DNA of 64,000 bases from the human T2T-CHM13v2.0 reference genome, Homo sapiens. Under the pieces are notes generated by a model. That model had not been told where the DNA came from and did not search any database. It saw only the letters and a list, made by a program, of their open reading frames with translations. The stretch is from NCBI RefSeq assembly GCF_009914755.1, contig NC_060927.1; one strand, written 5' to 3'. The stretch's first letter is position 1. Every line of letters starts with the position of its first letter. Position numbers and translations under genes: made by a program. This document shows positions 35,250 through 49,935 of this stretch, one piece after another.

Positions 35250-35312
35250 CTAGGTTGGTATAAAAGTAATCGTGGTTTTTGCCGTTATGTTTAATACTTT
35301 GCACCAACCTAA
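35250..35312. mobile_element. MADE1 (Hsmar1-derived MITE), internally deleted, inserted in a MIR
   Basis: taggttggtataaaagtaatcgtggtttttgcc ... tactttgcaccaacctaa with flanking TA. Confidence 0.85.
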
Positions 35313-36072
35313 TAGCTCACAGAATAAAAAAAAAAGTCTATGAGGTAGGTACAGTTTTCATCCTTATTTTACAAATGAGAAAAGGAGGCCAAGAATGATA
35401 AAGTAACTTGGTCTCACAGCCAGAAAGTGATGGAGCCAAGATTTGAACTTGGGCAGTTGGACTGTGTTCTTAGTCACTGTGCTTCCTGGGTGATTACTGT
35501 GACCCTTGTACTTGACACTCTGCTATCAATTACAAGAGCCATTTCTGTGTGTGCACTTGATTTCCTTGGGGTCTCCAGGGAAATGTAATTGTCTCCTCAA
35601 GTCCAGGCTTTCCTAGAAGACATGGTGATTGCACTGATAACCAGCATTAGGGCTGGCTTTGGGAAAGCTCAGTACCTATGATTTATGGTTAGTATCTTAG
35701 ATTTTAGAACGCTGAGCAGGAAGTTTTTGTGCTTTCTGAAATCCTCACACCTTTAAGTCTCATGATTGGTGAGGAGGCAGTGGTCCAAGGGAATGGATAG
35801 AAGGAGATAATAAGATAAGCCAAATGTTTCAAAGGGAGTGAAAACTGTTGAATGTAAATGCAGCTCAAGGAAGACTTCCCTATCTGAATAAAAAGGTGCA
35901 AATAATGCGGCCTATTTGTATGCATGGTGGCTTAATGATGTTGATGGTGATGATGATAGCTTTACACTATCAGAGCGCTCATTCTGGGCTAGGCAGTTTT
36001 CTCAGTGGGGTACAGATATTAATTTATTTACAGTGAGCCAGAGAAGTCTGCTGTAGCTTTTAATGCGTCTAA

Positions 36073-36552
<480 letters not shown>

Positions 36553-37049
36553 TGACAATTGTTCCTACCTCAAAGGCTGTTATGAGGATTAAATGAGCTA
36601 ATGCATGTAAAATGCATCTGCATAATATATAACACAGCTAGATAAATGTGAGTTGCTATTGTTGATTATTATGGCCACGTTTGCCGCTGATGATGTTCAA
36701 CCACTGAAAAGCATCGTTTTCTTTCTTCTAGTAACTGTGTGTACTGAATGCCTCGCGTTTGTCCCTACTGCACTTTTCAGTCTGTCACAATCCTGGGTCG
36801 TCGGGGGACTGTACCGAGCGCCCTTGGAGTGCTCGCAGCAGGGAAGAAGGAGCGAGCAGGGAGGAGCTGAGGAGGGTCGGAGCGGAATGGACACCCAGAG
36901 ACTGAGATGAGAGAGGGGCTATAAGAAGAGAAACCAGTCGCAGGAAAACAGAACTCTCGACAAACGCACGCCCTCTTTGCGCTCTCCGTTTCTCTGGACC
37001 TGGATGGAATTGTTTTACTTTGCATCGCCGGACTGCGCTGCGGACGGGG

Positions 37050-37200
37050 TGGGGCGGCCCAATGGCCCCCCTGGGGTTACTCTGCTCCCCTTCACGCTTC
37101 CCTCCCGGCCCCGCCCCGCGATTGGCCGGCGCGCCCCGGGGCTGCCGCCGATTGGTGCTCGCCGGCCGGAGCCGCGGGGCTTAAAGAGGGGGCGGGGGCG
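37050..37200 (+). promoter_or_regulatory. CLDN11: CLDN11 core promoter: three NF-Y boxes, GC boxes and a TATA-like element
   Basis: CCAAT 37059-37063; ATTGG 37121-37125 and 37151-37155; GC boxes about 37051-37057, 37109-37117, 37189-37198; TTAAAG 37181-37186, implying a TSS near 37210. No ATG between there and 37411. Confidence 0.75.
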
Positions 37201-37410
37201 CGCTGCCCAGCAGCGCTGCTGTCCCCGCCGTGCGCCCTTCGCCGCTGAGCTCGCAGCCTCCGGCGCCCACCTCCACCTCCAGTGTCCCGCCTCGGGCCGT
37301 CGCCCTCCAGCGGCTCGCGAGCGTGGGAGACGTACCTGGGCAGGCACTGTCCAGCCCAGGCCCAGGCACAGCCGTGAGGGGCGAGGCACGGGGACATCCT
37401 GGCGGCCACC

Positions 37411-37636
37411 ATGGTGGCCACGTGCCTGCAGGTGGTGGGCTTCGTCACGAGCTTCGTGGGCTGGATCGGGGTCATCGTGACCACCTCCACCAATGACTGG
37501 GTGGTGACCTGCGGCTACACCATCCCCACCTGCCGCAAGCTGGATGAGCTGGGCTCCAAGGGGCTGTGGGCCGACTGCGTCATGGCCACGGGGCTGTACC
37601 ACTGCAAGCCCCTGGTGGACATCCTCATCCTGCCGG
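37411..37636 (+). CDS. CLDN11: Claudin-11 (oligodendrocyte-specific protein) coding exon 1
   Basis: Kozak GCCACCATGG; in-frame upstream TGA at 37375. MVATCLQVVGFVTSFVGWIG...W...GLWADC...C carries the claudin ECL1 signature. Donor G|gtaagg at 37637. Confidence 0.98.
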
Positions 37637-39489
37637 GTAAGGACCCGAGCTTGGCGGCGGCTCCCAAATCCTTATCCTCTGGGTAGAGAGCGGGATATTA
37701 GACGGCGTCACAGAGACATTTTGGGGGCTTGAAGACCTTTGGGTACGTTTTTGACATCCCTAGTCCCACCTTGTTGTAAAAGAATTAGGCAGCCCCGAAC
37801 TTAACTTCTCTAGGCCGCAGTATTCTTATCTGGAATTTGAGATAATAGTGGCAATGTGGCCGGTGGTAACACTGGCCGGGTCCCTTTGAGAATGAACAAA
37901 CCGGAACACCTAATAGGAACTGAGTCCGTGTTAATTACTGCGGTCCCAGCCCGCATCCTTCCACCGTCCGCTTCCCGAAGTGCTTCCCGCTCCCGCCCGG
38001 CCTCCCCCGGGGCGCCGAGCCTTCGCGTTAGGTTCCGCCCGCAGAGGTGAGAAGGAGCGTGTAACACAAGCTGACAGGAGAATCGAACCGGCTCAGGCTG
38101 AGTTTCTCGGTCCTCATGGGATGGGCGAAGCGCCCCCGGCCAGGTTAGAGCCCTCCTAGCTCCGTCCGCGCAGCCGCTGAGCAATTCACGTCCAGGGCTC
38201 TCTGGGCTGCCTGGTTTGGGAAATGTCACGTTGATTCCCGCACGTGCCCAGGGCCATCTCCGCTGCCCCCGCTACCCCCGCCCCTGCTGTGGGCGCGTCA
38301 GACTGCGGGGCTGCGGTGACGCCGGCTCCCGCTCCGCGCCGCTGGGTTGGATAGGGACGAGCGGGCGCTCCTCGGAGGGCGGACTCCACTGGGGAGATAC
38401 GGAGCGCGCCGCCGAGGGTCGCTCGCCGCCACCCCTCCAGCGTGTCTCAGATTGGGAAGGGGAGGTAAAAATTGACAGCCTAGCGCCGGCCAGGGGCCAC
38501 ATTTTCACATGTGTCCTGTGGAAACATTTTGGGCGACAGCCTCAATTCAGATTTAAACCAATGGGTTGGGCAATGGCGAGGTCGCGGGCACCCCCTTGGT
38601 TTTCTGCTGGAATCTCTGCTCTACCCCCAAGGCATGTCCCTACAAGGTGGGCTTCTGTCCCCCAGCCTTCGTGGATTGTGCTCACTTAAAGGATTTTCCC
38701 GGTTTCCTCAAGATGGGGAGAAACCTGTCCCTGAAGCCGCCAGTCAGATAAGACTGTGCTCGCCCCTTAAGCCTCCTCCAAGCACGCCCTATTTCCGGTC
38801 CTCGCAGTCGGAATCTGAATCCCTCCTTTCTCCTTGCTGCCTAGTACTTGGCTCTTATCCTCACAAAGGCACATTTTATCTTGTTTTTTGTTGATTGTTC
38901 GTGAGTGAAGTTCTCCCACTACGTTTTAAATTCCTTGAAGATAGAGATGGCGTCCTGTTATTCTCTTTGCTTCCTCTTCTGGACCTGGCATGGCCTCTGG
39001 CACACAATAGCTGCGGGCAGTGCTTGCCTGGTTTGCCTTACGCTATCCTTTCCTTCATTTTGAACTTTCAGAAGGCCAGAGGTCAACGAACGCAGATCTA
39101 GACTCAGCTTTGGCTAATGCTGGTGTTGGCAGACCCGGGCCAGCCTCCGGCATCCAGGACTCACAATCTGGGTGAGGGGGGACAAATTGCTAGCCTCAGT
39201 GAACCACGGTTGTCTTCTTTTAAAAGTTAAAATCAGATCAACCACCCATCTTTCACGATTATTTGAGGATTAAATGAGATAAGAAATGTAATCTCCTTTG
39301 AGATAGTAGATGCTTCATGAATGGTACCTATAGTATTTTATTAAAAGCTGGGCATGGTATTTGTAGGGATCTTTGAAGCATAAAATTAACTTTGTTTTCT
39401 TCTCCTGAAATTAACTTTACTGAGCATTCAGTGCCAAGTGGTTTGTTTTCAGAGAACAAAGGCTGTCCTCCAGAGGGGAGTGCATACTC

Positions 39490-39517
39490 TGGGGGTGGGG
39501 GGGGGGGTGGGGGGCGG
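39490..39517 (+). repeat. G-rich tract (G-quadruplex capable) in CLDN11 intron 1
   Basis: gggggtggggggggggggtgggggcggc-type run read directly. Confidence 0.8.
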
Positions 39518-40764
39518 CGCTAGTCCTTCCTGCCTTCCCCCTCCCTCATACTTTGGGTGGAGGCAGGAACAGTCCTCTGTCCCTATCTTTTGGTGTCCGG
39601 ACATGGCCTTGGCACTGTAGCATGTGGACAGCCAGTGCCATGGATTTCAGAACCTGCATTGCCAGTTGACTGCCTGCTTTGTGTGAGTACTGGCTCTCTA
39701 CAAGCCGCAGAGGCGGACGGCTGGGTCAGGGGATGGGCCTCAGACTTCCTGGAGCTCCTTTCTGGAGATCTTCAAGTCAGTAGACACTTGACTGATTATC
39801 TTTAATTCTGAAGGAGCTGAGATGGGCAGTGCTGGAAGAGGGCCCTTGTGAAGTCCGAATTCTGGCAAAACGTTCCTTGCTAAGAGACAGCGTTGAAGTT
39901 AGGCCTTTTTGCACGTGAGGGTCGTGGTGTGTGAGGCAGATGTCGGCTAGATTCCTGGCTTTGCTATGAACTCTGCCTCACCCAGGCCACTAGTACTAGT
40001 TCCTTCTGAGCAAAAAAGGGAGGGTAATAAATGTGACCCCCCCCACCTTTTTTAAGAGGAGGGAGAGTTTTAATGAGAAACATTACATTTGAAAGTGAAA
40101 CAAATTTGTCTGTGAAATTCTCCCAGTATCTTGTCAGATTTATTCTAAATAAATGTGACACATATTGTAATCTGTTTCTTAATACAGTTTTTACTTGGCA
40201 TTTTACTTGACAGGATAAAGTTCATGTAGTTTTGCTCTACTCTTCTATTTTTCAGTTCTCTTATTCCTTGATTCGCAATTGTTTCCATGATCTGTTGTGG
40301 GCACTGTGTTAACTCCGTGAATACCAAGGCAGGTGTCTGCCCTCCAGGAACCCTGAGGGCTGGAGAGATGCCTTTTAAGCAATGATGGACAGTTGGGGAA
40401 GGATGCCCAGGGCACTGTGGGTGAGGCAGGAGATGGGGTCCAACAATTTAGGGGCAGGATCCATGAGGACAGCAGCCTCTGGGGAGACAGCAAAGAGAGG
40501 AAGCCTGAGTCTTAGTTTAGTCTGGGTTAGGGCCACAGCCAATGTGAATGAAAGCACATGGTTAGGAGAAAATCACCTAGGACACCTGAAGATGAAAGCG
40601 CTGCACTGAGACAAAGAACACCAATGATAACAACTAACCTTTTTTGAGGATTTGGTATAGGCACTGTTTTAAGCACTAAATAAATTAACTAATGTAATCT
40701 TCAGTCGAATTCTATTAGAGAGATGTAGGTACTATTATATTATTATCAATACTTTGTTTGTTTA

Positions 40765-41076
<312 letters not shown>

Positions 41077-41443
41077 TAGATGTGGAAAATAAGACATCAT
41101 GGTTAAGTAACTTGCCCAAGGTCACACAGGTAGAGCTATCAATAGCAGACTGGAACCAATAGAGGCCCTCACAGAATGATTCTTGGGAGATTTCAGTTTT
41201 CATCTGAACTTTCTCAGGGGGATGTAATAATGTAAATGGACTCTTGGCCCCTCCATCCTGGAAGCTTGGCCAAGTGGCCTAAACCAGGGGTCCCCATTTA
41301 GTTTCTCCAGCCCCCTTTTTTCTTGCTGAGTTGTTTTAAAAGTTGAAAAGTGCTTAGTGACCTTGGACAACATTAGCACCTTCTAAGTCCTGGAATCCGC
41401 CAAGAAGGAGGAAGGGAGATGGTGCTGAATTCCCCTAAGGCAG

Positions 41444-41503
41444 GGCTCAGGAAGCAAGAGAACCCTGTGGTCTAACCTTTCCCATCTGCTCTCTTGTTCC
41501 CAG
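41444..41503 (+). ncRNA. MIR6828: Tailed mirtron hairpin, pre-miR-6828
   Basis: 5' arm ggaagcaagaga pairs with 3' arm ctctcttgttcc, and the hairpin ends at the intron-1 acceptor AG (41502-41503). Matches my recollection of miR-6828 (5p AGGAAGCAAGAGAACCCUGUGG; 3p AUCUGCUCUCUUGUUCCCAG); not database-checked. Confidence 0.8.
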
Positions 41504-41668
41504 GCTACGTGCAGGCCTGCCGCGCCCTGATGATTGCTGCCTCGGTCCTGGGTCTGCCGGCCATTTTACTGCTGCTGACTGTTCTTCCCTGCATCCGGAT
41601 GGGCCAGGAGCCCGGTGTGGCTAAGTACAGGCGGGCCCAGCTGGCTGGTGTTTTGCTCATTCTGCTGG
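41504..41668 (+). CDS. CLDN11: Claudin-11 coding exon 2, 165 nt
   Basis: cccag|GC TAC GTG; YVQACRALMIAASVLGLPAILLLLTVLPCIRMGQEPGVAKYRRAQLAGVLLILL; donor G|gtaaga at 41669. Confidence 0.98.
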
Positions 41669-41959
41669 GTAAGACAGCTTTCTCAGTGGTACCCTACCTA
41701 TGAGGGAGCCTGATGAATCTCAGATCTTGTGGTTGCTGCCTTCTCAAGTTCAAGAGAAATGTGAAAGGAAGCCAAGTGAAGCCAGTGGGGGATGGACTCC
41801 CACAATCTGTATCCCTTTGTATTTTATGGGCAGTTTACACAGAGGGCTAAGTAATGTCTCTGGGAGTCACTGACCATGAAGATAAGTTTAAAAAGAGAAA
41901 GAGGATTTTGAAGGTAGGAAATACCTAAGGGAAAGACCTGAAAGATGGAAGCCTTCTCA

Positions 41960-42420
41960 GTCTTCACAGTGGAATCCTTTTTGAACACCTATGCCCAGGT
42001 CCCACAGCAGATCAATTGAATCAGAATTTTCTGGGCATCAGGCCAGGCAAAGATATTTTTTGAAAGCTTCCCAGGTGATGCTTATGTGCAGGCAAGACTG
42101 AGCAGCTCAGTTAATAAAGAAGGAGGCCGAGGTGGGCGGATCACCTGAGGTTGGAAGTTCAAGACCAGCCTGGCCAACATGGTGAAACCCCATCTCTACT
42201 AAAAATACAAAAATTAGCCAGGTATGGTGGTGCATGCCTGTAATCCCAGCTACTCGGGGCGGGGGTTGCTAAGGCAGGAGAATGATTTGAACCCAGGAGG
42301 CAGAGGTTGCGGTGAGCTGAGATCACGCTACTGCGTTCCATCCTGGGTGACAGAGTGCAACTCCAAAAAAAAAAAAAAAAAAGAAAAAGAAAAAGAAAAA
42401 AGAAAGAAAGAAAAAAGTAA
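41960..42420. mobile_element. MER5-type hAT relic (about 41960-42110) and 5'-truncated sense Alu (42122-42420)
   Basis: tgaatcagaattttctggg...aagcttcccaggtgatgcttatgtgca; Alu TSD-like taaagaag. Confidence 0.75.
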
Positions 42421-43260
42421 AGAAGAGGGCAAGAGAAAAGTCAGGAGTTGAGGGTGGTTAGACCACCAGGTGATGGCTCCGTCCTTTAACTCAGTAAGCC
42501 TTCCTTGAGCATGTGGGCCAGACACCATGGTAGGTACTGGGGACACTGGGGAAAATAGGCCGTCTTTGCTTTGAGTGTACTTGGAAACCTCAATAGAATA
42601 TGGTATGTGCTCATGTAGAAAAGGTATATAGTCTGTGCATACACATAGGAAGGCACCTAACCCAGACTGGATGAGTTTCCAGAGTGGAAGAACCCAGCAG
42701 TAAGCTCTGAGACTTGAAGAGGAGGTGGGCTGGTCATGAATTGAGGGGAGGGACAGTCCAGGGACAGGAAATGGCATGTGCTCATTTGGTTTTGCTGATT
42801 ATACCTGCACATAAAGGGCTTCATTTAACAACCTATGGAGGGTCCTTCTAGCTCTCTTCTCGTCAGTGATTTAATTTCTCTCCGTTTTTTTCCCTCAGAT
42901 GCTAGTTTCATTAGCACATTCTAAATCCTAATAGACAATATGAATTTTAAGAACAACTCTTGTTGCAAAGTGCGCATATCAGTGACAACAAATTAGTCTG
43001 GTAATGGGTTAGATATAAAATCACCTTCTTCTGAAACAAGGAATTCATACCCCCAGATTGGCATATCAGATGATGAATTTGAGGGGTAAGGATAAGGGGT
43101 CAGGGTTCTGTGTGGGTTGATGCCACTTGGTGGGTACCTCCCATCTGGAGGCCTCACACTCATAATGACACCAGTAAGGTGAGGGGACATGAGAGGTGGG
43201 GCACCATTTTCCAGGATTGCAAAGGGACGGAGGTTTGCAGGTTCTTGTGAAGCCACAAGG

Positions 43261-43300
43261 GTGTGTGTGTGTGTGTGTGTGTGTGCGCGTGTGTGTGTGT
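43261..43300. repeat. (TG)n microsatellite with CGCG core
   Basis: 40 bp of uninterrupted purine-pyrimidine alternation. Confidence 0.97.
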
Positions 43301-45019
43301 TAACAGGAGTGAAAAGGCCACTAATTTCCAGAGAAAAATCTGAATGTGGAAATTTTGGTTCCAGCCACAAAGAATTTGTGTGCCAGCGTCACACGGAACA
43401 CATATCAGCATCCGGTGCTTTATCTGACTCACAGGGGCTCCCTCTTGCAGTGCTCTATGGAGGTCAGGTCTATTGTCTGACTCCCTTTCCAACAGGAAAG
43501 TGAAAGCTCCACAAGTAAACTTGGTTTGCAGAATCCAGGTGAAACCCTTCTCCTAGACACTTGCTGTTTGTTACTTTCCTCACATTCTCACAGAAGCCCC
43601 GGAAGGTTCTCTTGGGCTCTGAGGATGGCAGAGCCAAAAGGTGGGTCTGTTGTGTTGAGTGCTCATGTTTAGAAATTCTGGCCTTCCATATGAATGTCAC
43701 AGGTATCCACAAGTGAGAGAACACACTAAAACAAACATACAAACCCTGGAAAATAGAGGGATAAAAGCAAAGTATACGTAGTTTAAACAACCCTAAAAAC
43801 AACAGAATTGTTTAGTTGAATAATCAGGGATATTGAAGGAAAAAGCAACCGGTGGTTTGAAACTTCCTAGCTGAATTTGTTTTTCTTTATCTTCTAAAAG
43901 TGTGTTGATATAGATAGGCAGCATCACAGAGGAAGAAAGCAAGGTGGGGCTGGGGAGTGGGTGAGTGCCTCAGTCCCTGTTTGCCTGTCTGGAGTGAAAC
44001 TATGGGGGAAGCAGGACATGGAGGGACCTGACCCCACCCAAGGAGGCTGCCCATTTCCGGACACTCACCAGAGTCCCCTCATTGCCCTTTTACGGCCTTG
44101 CATTTCCGATATTGTCTGCCTGCTTTGCTCCTATCCGGATTTGTTTCTCAGTGGATCACCACTGCCTTTGGGCTGGATGTTGTTTTGACCGGAACGAGCT
44201 AGCTCTGGAAATGTAAAGCTCATTGTCTCAAGCATGGCACCTGCTGATCTCCTCTAGGTCTTCTCACCACGGAGCCCCAAGTGCCTTGTTTCCCCTGTTG
44301 GCAGTGGTGGGAGGAGCATGGGGACTGAAGGCTCCCTTTGTGTTGCTCTGGACTGTTTCTGTCACTCCCCCAGAGAAGCCAGCGCTAGGCCTGTGCAAGG
44401 TCCTCAGGGTCACTGAATGGGGCTGAACAAACACACCTCATTCGACCAAAGAAGATGAGGCACCTCCTGGGTTTCGGGGGCCTGGGAACTGGACACAGTG
44501 TCACAGCTAGTCCTGGTATGGGAACTGTGAACACTGCTAATTGAAATCAGTTTTTCCTGACCCTGAAAATCTGTAATTATTTTTGTGAAAGCTTAAAAAA
44601 ATTATGTCTGTTGTACAACTTTATCTTCTCAGCAGTTACGTTTGATGGTGTGAGGATTTGGTTCCTGCTGTGGAGGAAGAAATAGGAGCCAGTTGCTTCT
44701 AAAGCCAGATGAGTAGTACAGGAGCAGCAGGCTCTCAGATCTGTGGTGGATTTGAGGCTAATCTGTTTGTGGCTTTTCAAGAGTCCCTGCCAAGGCAGGA
44801 GGTGCCTGTGCCCTGAATTGTGTGATCTTATCAGTTGGAGTCAGATCCAACTGTGCTGAATCTGGAACCTACTACTTTCTAGCTGTGTGAACTGGGGCAG
44901 TTCCTTAATGTCTCTGGTCCCTTCCATAAAATGGGAACAATAACGCCTGCTTCTCAGGTTAGTAAAAACAGTGAAATGATGTGTGAAAATTATTTAGCAT
45001 AGGATCTGGCACATGGTAA

Positions 45020-46500
<1,481 letters not shown>

Positions 46501-48874
46501 GATTTATTGGAAGGAGGAAGAAATGTCAGTGTCTACTGATCTTGTCTTTCTCTGCCTCTTTGTCTGTCTGTCTGTCTCTCTTTCTCTCAGTTGTTACCTC
46601 CAACGTCAAACATACCTGTATTGATTTTATTTAACTTCATGTTTATTTAACTCCATGTGTTACCATGTGTCATCTCATCTTTAAAGAGATTAAAAGCCAC
46701 ACTTACATTTCATTGCTTTAAAATGGACTTCTCAAATATTTTCTGTTTGGTCACATCACCATCATTCTTAGTTTTTAACAAGGCATATCTTATCAATTAA
46801 AGAATGTATTGTGTTGCATTATTTGAAACTTGTTCTCAAAAGGGGCAAACAATTTTATTCTTTGAAGAGCAAGGAATTCTGCTTATGAGAGGACCAGGTT
46901 TAGATATATCTGTCTTTACATAGTGAAGCTTTCTTTTCCCTTCCCTTTCTCTCCCTTCTCTTCCCCCTTCTCCTCCTTCTCATTTTTAGCTAAGAATATG
47001 CCTCAGTTTTACTTTCTGTTTTCCAACAACAAATGGTACCCCCCACCACCTTGTGTAGTTAGCTGTTGCATCTTCTGAAGGTAAAAGAGGAGAAAAACTG
47101 AAAAATCTGAGTGCTAAAATTACTCTGTCTTGTTTTTAGAGACTTAATTTAAAAATAAACTCTGATGATATAAAAAGAAAAAGAACAAAAATTCCCTTTG
47201 TCTGTCTTCAATTTTCTTGACCTTACAGGTAACTGACTTTCTAGAAAAACACTTTCTTTATTTTTCCCAAATAACAGAGAGAACCATTCCAAACTCATCT
47301 TTTTGGGTTTGCGAATAAAATTAAAACTATCAGGCCTTCTGTGTCTTTAAGAAAGGCAATTATTTTTGGCCAGTTATATTACTATTTCACATTTTTAAAA
47401 GTTAAGTAATGATTTGACTTGAATTTTTAACTTTACTGGTCAAAACATATCTCTTTCTCTCTTGAAACCATTGCTGAAATTGAGTAAATTCTCCTTTTTT
47501 AGTTTTTAAACATTTCTCATTTTGGGTTCAATTGAAGGTCACTGTTTTCAGTGAGCCTCTCATTTCCTTTCATGTTGTGTGGCAGTCTGTCATTTTTTAG
47601 TGGTTTTGATGTGGTTCATCTTTGAGAGCCACAGGAATTCCACCCAGGGTTCATTTGTCTCCTAGGAAGTAAAGAGCCTGCTGGCACTCATTTGCCTTGT
47701 TTTGTGTGAATTGTAAGAGAAGGAAATCTTTAATGAGGTCAGTGATGAGCTTGCGACTTTAAGTGTGTTAAAGTCACAATAAGATTTTATGACTTTGGGT
47801 GTCAGTTTTGGTATGTATGAAGTAAAATGTAGAATTGAAATGAGACTACTTCTCATCTATCCATCCATTCGTTCCCCCGTTCACTCATCCATTCCTATGG
47901 AGGTTCATTGTATGAAATATTTAGACCTTTTTCTGATTTTTCCCTTTTTCTAATGATTTATATTGGAATAAAACCTAACAAAATCCCTAAAATACTCAAA
48001 ACCAAGACTGATGGTTACTTTTGGGATATTGAGTCTGTTATTTCCCTGTGTGAAGATAATCTTGTTTTATGATTTGCTTAAGGGAACAATGAAATGAATT
48101 TAGAGGCAGTTTCTTGTCTTATTCTATAAAATCTCAGTGTGAAAGTTAGGTTAACAATAGATGTGGGGAATGCTTTCCTGCATGTGTGTGCACATGTGCT
48201 GTATGTGTAAATACAAAGTATAGTTGAAAAATATAAAACTTGATTTGAACCCTGAGTTGTTTTGAAACCAGTTAATTGTTTATAGGAAAGATCGGTTAGA
48301 TTGAACCATATCAGTTGTTTGGGAATTAGAACTTTTTTCTCTACAGAATTCAGCTTTTCACTCCCCTTCTTTTTCCTCTAAACAAGCCTGGGTGTTTGGA
48401 AGCCTTTGCTAGGTTGCTGTTTTTTGCCCGCAGCAGAACGAATGCCCACTTTTGAGGTTTAGGGCTGTGTAAGTAGATTGTGTATTGCTACGGAAAATCT
48501 ACAGTAGTTCTCTCTGGCTGAAACACTCCAGAAGAGGATTTTAGTCCCTTTTGCTGACAGAGAAAAAGGTTTTTCTCTGTGTCTTGCTGAAAGTAGAGAC
48601 TCTGATAATAGCCAAGCAATTCTCCAAGAGTGCCTGATTTGGAGTTCACGCCAGAGAAGAGAAAGAAAAAGACTTTCCCCTGCATCTGAGGTTTCCAAAG
48701 TCCTGAGCTAGAAAGGGAGGTTTCACGTACACACTGCTTTTCTTGAACATTCTAGTCACAGAAGGAAAATACATCTTCTCATGGTATCTCATATGAAAAT
48801 ATTACAGAAGCTGGCATGACTGTGCTTACTTTTTAAGAAAAAGGAAGCATTAGCATATGGATAGATTTTAGCTT

Positions 48875-49200
<326 letters not shown>

Positions 49201-49774
49201 TAGATAATCTATAAATAATTAATGGAGTGAATTTGGGCTGTTAGAAAGCCAATCTGGGCAATTCATAGCTTTTCAAATTAACTCTCTTCCTTCTGATTTC
49301 CTCTTGAGATCTATTCTTTTTAAGGATAGAAATCATATCTTCCTACATATATCTATACCCAGCTTGTGGGGGTGGGCTTAATCTATTGTCAATAAAAATC
49401 TATGTTACAAGCAACACAAATGCGATGAGATTGTTTAAAAGGTCTTTCAAAATGGGTAAGACCAATCTTTTTTCCATTTAGAACTAATATACAAGGCTGT
49501 TAGATTTGATTGCTTATGTTAAGTTATATTTCTTCTCTGTGGGCATAGAGAGTAAGTTAGAAAATCACTTACTATGAGTAGAAATCAGAAAAAAGCTTGC
49601 TGAGTTGAAAGTGATAACGGTACCCCTGGTGGCAAACATCAGACTGGCAGTGCAGTATCTGTCTTGAATTTGTTGATGGAAACCTCATTGTTATTATTAT
49701 TGTTATTATTATTTTTCTGTCTGCCAACTTTAATGTGCCATCTCAACTTAAAGAGGTTTGGAGTTACTTTGTTT

Positions 49775-49935
49775 AGAGCTGTGTTGTTCGGTACAGTAGC
49801 CACTAGCTACATGTGGCCATTTAAATTAAAATTAATGAAAATTCAAAATTCAGTTCTTCATCTCACTAGCCTCATGGCAAATGATCAATGGTCCCACATA
49901 ACTTGTGGCCACTCCATTTGACAGTGCTGGTCTAG
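49775..49935. mobile_element. MER3-like hAT-Charlie relic
   Basis: tacagtagccactagctacatgtggccatttaaattaaaattaa...gacagtgctg. Confidence 0.7.

Larger units (their letters stand above)
36790..38600. promoter_or_regulatory. CLDN11: CpG island covering the CLDN11 promoter, exon 1 and the start of intron 1
   Basis: Abrupt rise in GC and CpG density relative to the CpG-depleted flanks. Confidence 0.93.

Noticed and set aside
36977-38689. Long ORFs on both strands across the CLDN11 CpG island (167, 195, 139, 157 aa)
   Set aside because: Expected from high GC and few stops; R/P/A/G-rich with no recognisable domain. Only the Kozak-flanked antisense ATG is kept as a low-level finding.
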